Shown here piece by piece: positions 56,241-64,000 of a stretch of DNA of 64,000 nt (positions are counted from its first letter, which is position 1; the number at the start of each line of letters is the position of its first letter). Source of the stretch: an uncultured Collinsella sp. (GTDB lineage Bacteria > Actinomycetota > Coriobacteriia > Coriobacteriales > Coriobacteriaceae). The notes under the pieces are model-generated. The model was not told where the DNA came from. It made no database searches and worked only from the letters and a program-made list of their open reading frames with translations. Position numbers and translations under genes: made by a program. The stretch lies in assembly GCA_902469435.1 (NCBI GenBank), contig CABRCR010000008.1:9805-73804 (forward strand), in the 5' to 3' direction.

Positions 56241-58541
56241 ATGTTCGCTGCCGCCATCTCGCTCGTCGGTCTTGCGGCGACCGTCTACCTTGTCTTGCGC
56301 GAGGCCAAGGCCATTCGCGCTCAGTCGGGCACCGTTGCCAAAAGCGCTCTTGGGTGGAGCGTCGCCTTCGGCCTATTCCAGCTCTTTTTGACCATTTGGG
56401 GCGCCATTGGCCTCGTCGCCCAAAACGAGCCGCTCGCCTTTGTGATGCTCATCCTGACCAATGCCATCCTCACCGGATGCGCTTGGGCCAGCATCGCCCG
56501 CGACCGCATCGCCCCGCGCGTCTTTGCGTTCGCCGCGCCCGACGCCCCCGCCCCCACCGGCAAGCTCGCCCGCCTGCGCGGCGCCTTTGTGGGCAAACCG
56601 CTCGTCGCCGCCGTCTTGTGCCTGCTGCTCGCCGGCGTCTTTGCGCTGCTGGGCATGGAGGTCTCGTCCAACCACGACTTTACCTGGGTCTACCCCCTGT
56701 GCATCCTGCTCGAGTGGGCCATCATCACCACGCTCATGGTCGGCCTGTTCTTCCTGTTCCAGCGCCACGGCGCAGCTCCCGCGGTCCTGGCCTTTGCCCT
56801 CTTTGTCCTGGGCATTGCCGAGTTCTTCGTTATCACGTTTAAATCCATGCCCATCCAGCCGGGCGACCTTTCGGCCATCTCCACCGCCGCCGCGGTCGCC
56901 GGCAACGGCTACACCTTCTCGATCTCGCTATTCTGTGTGCTGTCCATGGGCTTTACCGCCATCGCCATGCTACTGTGCGAGTATGCCGGCTTGGTCGCGC
57001 CGCATCGCCAGAAGGGCGCCGCCAACGCCAAACGCATCCTGCTCACCAACCTGCTCGTGGCGGTGCTGTGCCTGGGCGGCGTGACCGCGCATGTCACGCT
57101 CATCGACTACTACAACACCCTCGGCATCACCGTCTACACCTGGCGCCCGCTCGAGAGCTACTGGCGCGAGGGCTATCTACCTGCCTTTATTAGTGCAGCA
57201 CAGTCCATCAAGCCGCCCAAACCCGCCGACTACTCCGTCGACGACGCCAAGGCCACGCTCAAAAAGTACGCCAAGGCCTACGACAAGTCCGATGCCGCCA
57301 AGAGTGACGAGCGCACCGCCGCAAAGGAGCAATTCGACAGCGAGAAGCCCACGGTCATCGCCATCATGAACGAGACCTTCTCGGATCTGTCCATCTACCA
57401 GAACATGCGCGCCGGCTACGAGGGCCCGCAGTACTTTAAGAACCTGTCCAACTGCCTCAGCCGCGGCAAGCTCTATGTGAGCGCCTACGGCGGCGGTACC
57501 GCCAATACCGAGTTTGAGTTTATGACCGGCAACTCCATGGCCAACCTGGGCTCGGGCGTGTACCCCTACACCATCTACAACATGGAGACGACCGGGAACC
57601 TGGCAGAGCAGTTCAAATCGCTCGGATATTCCACCACGGCCATGCACCCCAACCACGCGACCAACTGGAACCGCGAGAACGTCTACAAGGACTTTGGCTT
57701 TGACCAGTTCCTGTCCATCAACGATTTCCAAGGCGCCGATACCCTGCGCGGCATGGTGACCGACCAGGCAACCTACGACAAGATTCTTGAGCTGCTCGAC
57801 CAGAACGCCGATCCGCAGTTTATCTTCGATGTGACCATGCAGAACCACTCGGGCTACGACACGGGTCTGCTGCCGGTCGACAAGCAGATGCACCTGAACA
57901 TCGACACGACCGACCTGGACGCTAAGACCGTCGAGGACGGCACGCTCTCCGATGTTGACGAGTACGTCTCGTGCATCGAGCAGTCTGATCAGGCGCTGCG
58001 CTACTTCCTTAACGCCTTAAGCAAGCTCGACCGCAAGGTGGTCGTGGTGTTCTGGGGCGACCATCAGCCGTTCTTCCCGTCCAAGTTCAATGACAAGTGG
58101 TTTACCAACGAGGACGACGCCACGCACCAGGAGCGTCTGTGGCAGACCGACTACATCATCTGGGCCAACTACGACGTTGCCGGCTGCGACCAGACAAGCG
58201 AGGTCGACGACTTGTCCACCAACTACCTGTCCACGCAGCTTATGCAGTTGATCGGCGCACCGCTGTCCGACTACCAGAAGGCGCACATGACGCTGCGCAA
58301 GTCGCTGCCCGCCATCAACTCGGTCGGCTACGAGGACGCCAGCCTGCGCTGGGCGCTCTCCTCCAACGTCACCGGTGACGACGCCGCTGCCGCAGCCGCC
58401 ACCAAGGCGCGCGAGGATTACGCCAAGATGCAGTATTACGAAATGTTCCGCGACGGCAAGAACGTGTACACCGAGCACTTCCAGACCGAGGCCAACGAGA
58501 CCGACCCCAACCTGGCACCGGGCACGACGAAGATCAAGTAG
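56241..58541 (+). CDS. LTA synthase (LtaS)/sulfatase-family membrane protein
   Basis: Multiple N-terminal TM helices; NETF, GGGTANTEFE (catalytic Thr), TMQNH, GDHQP. Confidence 0.9.
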   Translation: MFAAAISLVGLAATVYLVLREAKAIRAQSGTVAKSALGWSVAFGLFQLFLTIWGAIGLVAQNEPLAFVMLILTNAILTGCAWASIARDRIAPRVFAFAAPDAPAPTGKLARLRGAFVGKPLVAAVLCLLLAGVFALLGMEVSSNHDFTWVYPLCILLEWAIITTLMVGLFFLFQRHGAAPAVLAFALFVLGIAEFFVITFKSMPIQPGDLSAISTAAAVAGNGYTFSISLFCVLSMGFTAIAMLLCEYAGLVAPHRQKGAANAKRILLTNLLVAVLCLGGVTAHVTLIDYYNTLGITVYTWRPLESYWREGYLPAFISAAQSIKPPKPADYSVDDAKATLKKYAKAYDKSDAAKSDERTAAKEQFDSEKPTVIAIMNETFSDLSIYQNMRAGYEGPQYFKNLSNCLSRGKLYVSAYGGGTANTEFEFMTGNSMANLGSGVYPYTIYNMETTGNLAEQFKSLGYSTTAMHPNHATNWNRENVYKDFGFDQFLSINDFQGADTLRGMVTDQATYDKILELLDQNADPQFIFDVTMQNHSGYDTGLLPVDKQMHLNIDTTDLDAKTVEDGTLSDVDEYVSCIEQSDQALRYFLNALSKLDRKVVVVFWGDHQPFFPSKFNDKWFTNEDDATHQERLWQTDYIIWANYDVAGCDQTSEVDDLSTNYLSTQLMQLIGAPLSDYQKAHMTLRKSLPAINSVGYEDASLRWALSSNVTGDDAAAAAATKAREDYAKMQYYEMFRDGKNVYTEHFQTEANETDPNLAPGTTKIK

Positions 58542-58561
58542 CGGGTCGCTCATAACTGAAA

Positions 58562-59201
58562 CGTCTGTCCGGGCGGAGGCATATAAGGTTCCCTGCTCGG
58601 ACAGTCCTGCGCAAGACGGAGGCCACATTAAGTGGCCTCCTTTGCGTGCGGAACTCGCGATGAACCTTATATGCCTCCGCCCGGACAGACGCCTTGTTGT
58701 TGGAGCACGGCTTGTCATGGGGGTATCCGCTGAACATATATAAGTTGAAGGCCACATTAAGTGGCCTTCTTTGTATTCGGAAAGTGTGTCCCGGAATCTG
58801 CCTTCGGAATGGGACGCAGTTTCCGCTTGAGGGCCTGTTGGGAAAGCGCATCCCACTTCAAGAGTAAATTCCGGGTCGCACTTTCCGCTAAGGCTCTCAA
58901 CCGGAAAGTGCATCCCATTCCAAGCCTTAATTCCGGGACATAGTTTCCGGACAAGACATCAACCGGAAAGTGGGGACCACTCTGAGCGCCGATTCTGGGA
59001 CACACTTTCCGAAACACCGCCCATCCGGAAAGCCCGTCCCGCTCTGAATACATCCGGGCATGGAATATCCGCTTATTAGGCCTTCCGTCAATAAAGGGGC
59101 GCCCTCCCGAGCGGCGGGCTCGAAGTTCATCGCGAGTTCCGCACGCAAAGAAGGCCACTTAATGTGGCCTTCGTCTTGCGCAGGACTGTGGAGCAGGGAA
59201 C
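58562..59201. repeat. Composite MITE-like element: ~77-bp inverted termini, nested IRs and a 62-bp-period hairpin array
   Basis: 58588-58665 is the reverse complement of 59125-59201; 30-bp IR at 58562-58591/58662-58691; GGAAAG at 58779, 58841, 58903, 58965 and 59027. Confidence 0.85.
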
Positions 59202-59245
59202 TTCGTGCCCGCCGCCCGGGAGGGCGTTTCATTTAGAAGATGGAT

Positions 59246-59944
59246 CTAGCGCTTGTTCCTCCGGGACAAAAGAAGCGCGGCTATAAAAGCGATGATGGCA
59301 AGCGCCAGCAACACCAAAAGCAACGCGAGCGTGTTGTCGCCCGTTGCCGCCAGACCAAGCAAGCCGGGCTTCTTGCTGCCAGCAGGCCGCGCGAGGATCT
59401 TCTCGCCATCGTCCTCGGCGGTGATTTCCCAGCGAATTGCCTTGTTTGCATCGGCAAGCTCGTTGCCCACCGACGTCGGAACGCTTAGCTGCAGATTAAG
59501 CACCGTGCTGCCATCGCTCGTAAACGTGGCGATTTGCGTGGGATAGGCGAACACGCTGCCCGGTGTTCCTGTCTGGAGCCAACCTGCAGAGGCATCGCCC
59601 ACAGTCGCCGTTAAGGTGATGGGCGACAACATATATGCCGTCTCGTGATCGACGACGGCACGCACAAACACGCGCACCTGGGACTTTACGCCCGTGGCAC
59701 GAACCTCGATCTGCTGCTCGCGCGCATCGCCGGGCATTAGATCTTTAAAGGCGGGAAACAGATCGGGCTCCCCCGAGGAGCCCGTCGCCCCCGTTACCGT
59801 CAGCTGGCGCGCATTTCCGTCGTAGGCAATCGCGGGACTATCGGCAAACGCGCGGGCGGGAACGGCGAGCGCGACCACGCAGAGAATGGCCGCGACCACG
59901 CAACGCACGGAGCGCGCAACGCCTTTGCGAATCGGGAACGCCAT
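59246..59944 (-). CDS. Sortase-anchored surface protein
   Basis: Signal peptide ending AFA; DLF..FKDLMPGD; LAATG followed by a hydrophobic helix and RRNKR tail. Confidence 0.8.
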   Translation of the reverse strand: MAFPIRKGVARSVRCVVAAILCVVALAVPARAFADSPAIAYDGNARQLTVTGATGSSGEPDLFPAFKDLMPGDAREQQIEVRATGVKSQVRVFVRAVVDHETAYMLSPITLTATVGDASAGWLQTGTPGSVFAYPTQIATFTSDGSTVLNLQLSVPTSVGNELADANKAIRWEITAEDDGEKILARPAGSKKPGLLGLAATGDNTLALLLVLLALAIIAFIAALLLSRRNKR

Positions 59945-59946
59945 AC

Positions 59947-60516
59947 TCACGCACCTCCGTGCGGCGGCACCAGCACGCCATCTTTGACCGTACAGTTCCA
60001 TGCCTCGGTGACCGCATCGACGGGCGTGGACTGAATCGCCTGGGTCGAAATGTCGACGACTAGATTTTTACCATCTGTCTTCTTCTCGGACACGCTCTTG
60101 ATGAGCACGCCCGTCTTGTCGAGCGGCTTAACAGAAGACGTCCAGTAGTAGAACCCGTCGCTCGCAAGAACCCAAGACGAAGGGCTGTTAGTGGCGGCGG
60201 CATCGCCTTTATCGCCCCACTCAATGGTGTAGTCGGTGCCGGCAACAGGCTCATCCCACAGGCGCGCGCCATCCTTATCCTGCCAGTAGATATCCACCGC
60301 GACACGCAGGTATGCCGGAGCCGAGCCCGTGTTTTTTACCGAGACATCCCTTTTCACGTTGTCCTTGAGCGTCTCGTCCACCGAAGGCGCCACCGAGCCA
60401 AAGCCAAACTCGTTGACCAGCACGCCCGTAACCGAAAGCCACGCAAAGGTGCCGACGACGCCGGCCAAAAGGAGGACGCCGACAAGGAGGGCAACGATCC
60501 GCTTGCGCTTAGTCAT
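59947..60516 (-). CDS. Secreted protein with SipW-type signal peptide (biofilm-matrix/pilin-like)
   Basis: KRKR-hydrophobic-GTFAWL N-terminus; VKNTG..AYLRV, DGFYYW and QAIQ pattern. Confidence 0.72.
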   Translation of the reverse strand: MTKRKRIVALLVGVLLLAGVVGTFAWLSVTGVLVNEFGFGSVAPSVDETLKDNVKRDVSVKNTGSAPAYLRVAVDIYWQDKDGARLWDEPVAGTDYTIEWGDKGDAAATNSPSSWVLASDGFYYWTSSVKPLDKTGVLIKSVSEKKTDGKNLVVDISTQAIQSTPVDAVTEAWNCTVKDGVLVPPHGGA

Positions 60517-63500
60517 CCTTGTCCTCCCTCCTCAGCGTGCCGTTTTCCCAAACATTCTTGGCACGCGAGCCGCCATCGACCCATTTGTCCTTCGCGCGCG
60601 TGTTGACGCACGTCACCACCGCATCGCCCGCGCTCGAAGCAGACGAAATCGTCAGCTCGGCAGATTTACCGGGCGCCTTGCCCGGCGTGCTCAGCTCGCC
60701 CTCGTAGCGCCATGCCCAATTCGTGTCTTCCTCGACGGTATAGATGCCCGTCGGCGCGGCAAATTGCACGCTGCCGACATACCAGGTCTCGCCGTCTTCG
60801 TCGCGCCTCTCGCTAACTTTCACCTCGACCATGCGCGTCTCGGCAGGAGAATCCTCCGACGCCTTGCGTGCCACCTTAAAGCGGAACGTTTGTCCCATGG
60901 CACTGGCATCGGTGGTCTTTTTGACGATCGTCAGCGCATGGGTCTTGGCGAAGTCGAACACGGCATTGCCGTCGCCTTGCTTGCCTTCGCCTGTCTTCTT
61001 GGACTCCAGGCGGTTGGCCAAGTCGAACGAACCGTTACCCGAGCCCAAGCTGTAGAGCGAGACATACTGGTCGTTAACGGGTTCCTCCGTCATGGACGCA
61101 TCAGGACCGTAGCTCGCCCGCTTAACGGTAACAGTCAGCTGCGTCCCCATAAACGGCTCAGCAAAGCAGACCTTAAAGGGTGCTTTGTCGGCGCTATTGT
61201 CGACTGTGTTGGCGGCGTTGGGATCGAGCAGCCATTTAAGCTGCGCGGTGGTCATGGTTACGTGGTTCTCGGGGTCGGATGTATCCTTGGCGACCACGCG
61301 ATACGTCACGGGATACAGGTCCATGTCGCCCTTAACCGGCTCGTCCTTAAACTTATCCCAAGACTTCGCAGCGCCACCGTCAGGCACATATCGCCACTCC
61401 AGGAAGAGTTCGCGCACGTCACCGCTGACCGCCCGTTCATCGAGCAGCGCGACGATCTTGGAGTGGGCGTCCGGGTCGTATGCCACGGACTTTTTCTCCA
61501 TCTCGGGATTGCCGTCGTTGTCATAGACCGGGTTGCCGCTCTCATCCACCTTGGGAACATCGACGTTATGGACAAAGCCGGCGCCCGTCGCGCGCTCGCC
61601 GTCCGAGTCGACCGTCGCCGTAAAGACGACCGACCCGTCGACACCGTGATAGCGAACCTTATACGGCGCGATCTTGTACACCGCGGTGTAGGTCACGCTC
61701 TCAAAGGGCTCGCTGCCCTCGAGGGGATACTTCTCGTCATCGGTCAACAGGGTGTATTTGCCATCGGGTTCGTAGTCGCGCGACCAGCCGACAAAGTCGT
61801 ACTTGGTGCCGCCAATGCCCACAACCTCCTTGACAGCCTTGACCTCAAGAGAAATCTGGTCGCCGGAATCAGTACGGCCGAGACCGCGGACAAGAGCAGG
61901 ATTCGCGAGATTTGAGTCGATGTTCGATTGAACGGTAACCAGGCTGGGACGGTAGACCGGGTACAGCTCCATGGGGGCCCTGACCACGGTAGAAGCACTC
62001 ACCATGCGGATACCCTCCGACCAAGCGACATAGCCCTTGCCAGGTGCCGGCTTGGCTTCCGTCCAGCCCACGAAGGCGTTGAACGCACCTCCCGTATCCC
62101 TATCGATAGCGCTGACGTCATAAGTGGGCTTCGGGATGCCGCCATCAAGGTTGCCGAGCATATCGCCTTGCTGAGCAACTTTGCCGTCAACATCTTTGGC
62201 ATTGAGATGGTACACGACCGCCAACGGCGAATAGTACGCCACAAATGTATAGGCCCCGCCGGGTTCCACCTGATGGGAATACGAGTTATCGCCGTTAGGT
62301 TTGATCTCTTCAACTTCGCCATTCGGAAGCTCGATCTCAACCTTCTGCAACTTATACAGCTCACCGCCTGCTTTATAAACCGGAGTCGTGACGTCAGGGG
62401 TCACCGTTGCCGTAGCAGGGTCGGTGCCCGCGTTGATAACGGGATCGATGTCGTACCTAGGCACATTGACCTTGTCCGTGCCCTTAAAACCGGCGCGATA
62501 CAGGTTGGTGGTGTACCTAACATCGTACTTCGCGTACACCGGATAGGCATCCTGCCACTGGGTGACCTTAAAATCTGGTTTCACCAGATACGGTTCGGCC
62601 TTATCCGGGTCAGAAGTGGTGAAGGAATCGCCCTCGACATCGTAGATATACTTCCAGACGTCAGAACCCTTCTGGACCTCGGCGGTCGAAATCCAGCCCA
62701 GGAACTTATAGCCCGGCACCGCCATCTCGGCATCGGTCGGGGAAGCTTCGAGGGTCAAGGGGCTTTCATAAGAACCAGTTGGCTCATCCTGCGGGTCCCC
62801 TGTTGCCTCAACCGAAGTGTTCACGTGCGGGTAGTAATACGTGTACGTAGGGTCTGATCCATTCACCTTATTTTGCAGCAGGTTGCTTTCGTAACGACGT
62901 GTAGCGGCCTTCAGGATTGTGTTGTCCTTGTTGTAGAAGTTAACGTCTGTAGTAATCATCGCGCGAACGTAATACTTCGTATCGAGAGCCAGCATCGTGC
63001 TTTCGATGGGATTTTTCACATACGTCCAGCAGCCATTGCCGCGCTCAAGCGTCCAGAAATTCAGACGATAGCGATCATTCACCAGTTTGACCGTTACGTT
63101 CAGCGAAGCCGAAGTCCAGGTATCGCTTAGCGTTGCAGCGCCTGGAAAATCGGTATCGGCATAGAGATCTTTTAGAGTATCGGCTCCCGTATCGTTTTTA
63201 ACGTTGTGCGAGTACGCATTAAGGGGACTCACGACAAGGGTTTCCTTCGTGAAGCGCGTGTCACACGTTTCGTCATACCTATCCTTTATACCGTGGTCAA
63301 CATGCTCCGGACCCCAGTGGACGACGTTTTCACGCACGAAGGTGCTGCCGACGTTTTCCTCAAAGGGCGTTTGATAGCGATTCCAAACGGAACAAAGTAG
63401 CTTGCTGTCCGTAAACCCATGGTTGGTATAAGCCCGGACGTAATAATCCACTCGGTACTCAAAGCGGGCGGTGTAGGTGTGCGGCACGGTTAGATCGACA

Positions 63501-64000
63501 TCGGCAGGGAGTTTGTAGCTCGGATCGCGGCTCACGCGAACATCAACCGGGGATCCATCGGCAGCCTGCTTGTTTTCATACCAACCCAGGAAACGATAGC
63601 CGTCGGGCAGCTGGCCCTCCTCGGATATAGCTTTACCGGATACGTCGAGCACCTGTACGGTATACGCGCTTGTGCCATCTTCTGCAGTCTCAACCTTAAC
63701 GTCAGTTTTGCCCACACCGTCGCGCCGAGTCTGATCGTCGGTTGCATCCTGCTCATTGCCCTCAAACACCGTCATGATGTTCGACACATAGTCGGTGTAC
63801 ACCGGATAAAAATCGGTAGGGCCAAGCACAGTGATCTCGGTGCCGGCAGGATAGAACGCACCGGCGTTTTTTAACTCGGCAAGCTCAGGCGAGGTGATGG
63901 CCGCGTAACCGCCATGCATCCCGGCCTCGCCACTCGGCTGCGTCGTCCAACCGATAAAGGTGGCGCTGGCAGAAAGAGTGCCGCGGTCCGCAGGGGCAGC
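60509..64000 (-). CDS. Large repetitive surface protein (5' end beyond the window)
   Basis: Frame stays open to 64000 (AAPADRG...FIGWTT); repeated F(L/V/I)GW...YPVY beta-modules resembling InlB B-repeats; C-terminal YTVEED..WAWRY...N.W..G..N domain. Confidence 0.85.
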   Translation of the reverse strand, partial: AAPADRGTLSASATFIGWTTQPSGEAGMHGGYAAITSPELAELKNAGAFYPAGTEITVLGPTDFYPVYTDYVSNIMTVFEGNEQDATDDQTRRDGVGKTDVKVETAEDGTSAYTVQVLDVSGKAISEEGQLPDGYRFLGWYENKQAADGSPVDVRVSRDPSYKLPADVDLTVPHTYTARFEYRVDYYVRAYTNHGFTDSKLLCSVWNRYQTPFEENVGSTFVRENVVHWGPEHVDHGIKDRYDETCDTRFTKETLVVSPLNAYSHNVKNDTGADTLKDLYADTDFPGAATLSDTWTSASLNVTVKLVNDRYRLNFWTLERGNGCWTYVKNPIESTMLALDTKYYVRAMITTDVNFYNKDNTILKAATRRYESNLLQNKVNGSDPTYTYYYPHVNTSVEATGDPQDEPTGSYESPLTLEASPTDAEMAVPGYKFLGWISTAEVQKGSDVWKYIYDVEGDSFTTSDPDKAEPYLVKPDFKVTQWQDAYPVYAKYDVRYTTNLYRAGFKGTDKVNVPRYDIDPVINAGTDPATATVTPDVTTPVYKAGGELYKLQKVEIELPNGEVEEIKPNGDNSYSHQVEPGGAYTFVAYYSPLAVVYHLNAKDVDGKVAQQGDMLGNLDGGIPKPTYDVSAIDRDTGGAFNAFVGWTEAKPAPGKGYVAWSEGIRMVSASTVVRAPMELYPVYRPSLVTVQSNIDSNLANPALVRGLGRTDSGDQISLEVKAVKEVVGIGGTKYDFVGWSRDYEPDGKYTLLTDDEKYPLEGSEPFESVTYTAVYKIAPYKVRYHGVDGSVVFTATVDSDGERATGAGFVHNVDVPKVDESGNPVYDNDGNPEMEKKSVAYDPDAHSKIVALLDERAVSGDVRELFLEWRYVPDGGAAKSWDKFKDEPVKGDMDLYPVTYRVVAKDTSDPENHVTMTTAQLKWLLDPNAANTVDNSADKAPFKVCFAEPFMGTQLTVTVKRASYGPDASMTEEPVNDQYVSLYSLGSGNGSFDLANRLESKKTGEGKQGDGNAVFDFAKTHALTIVKKTTDASAMGQTFRFKVARKASEDSPAETRMVEVKVSERRDEDGETWYVGSVQFAAPTGIYTVEEDTNWAWRYEGELSTPGKAPGKSAELTISSASSAGDAVVTCVNTRAKDKWVDGGSRAKNVWENGTLRREDKDD

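Noticed and set aside
58777..59080. 62-bp periodic array as a CRISPR
   Set aside because: Units diverge throughout, have no identical direct repeat with unique spacers, include an apparently inverted unit, and no cas genes are nearby.
1..64000. tRNA, rRNA, integrase or transposase genes
   Set aside because: None recognised by eye in the intergenic regions or the ORF track; a tRNAscan/Infernal run would be needed to exclude small RNAs.

Overview
GC-rich chromosomal window, most consistent with a gut Coriobacteriaceae (Collinsella-like) genome; this is inferred from gene content and intergenic repeat style, not from a search. Left to right it holds: the start of the F1Fo ATP synthase operon and the conserved prfA-prmC-tsaC-upp-atp block, interrupted by a hicAB toxin-antitoxin pair and glpK; an amino-acid ABC importer with an M20 peptidase; assorted metabolic and transport genes; a MarR-regulated heterodimeric ABC exporter; a LysR/SDR/MFS/Gfo-Idh-MocA cluster; tex; an ascorbate-type PTS flanked by two paralogous transaldolases; a ~9.5 kb mannose-family PTS island that appears to have replaced the interior of a Cof-type HAD gene; rlmKL; kup-kdpD-kdpE; a nitroreductase; an LtaS-family gene; a composite repeat element; and the 3' end of a SipW/sortase-type surface-protein cluster. 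I recognised no rRNA, tRNA, CRISPR array or intact transposase. The most notable observation is a short leader ORF upstream of prfA (RF1) with its own SD. It ends in UAG, has a second in-frame UAG, and its readthrough frame stops at a UAA abutting the prfA SD, making it a candidate RF1 amber-sensing autoregulatory leader. Also notable are a shared motif at fixed spacing above three sugar-catabolic promoters, 11-bp-periodic boxes at the same offset in the kup and atp promoters, a degenerate RlmL half in RlmKL, and several REP/MITE-like repeat families. All calls are by eye from motifs; no database searches were run.
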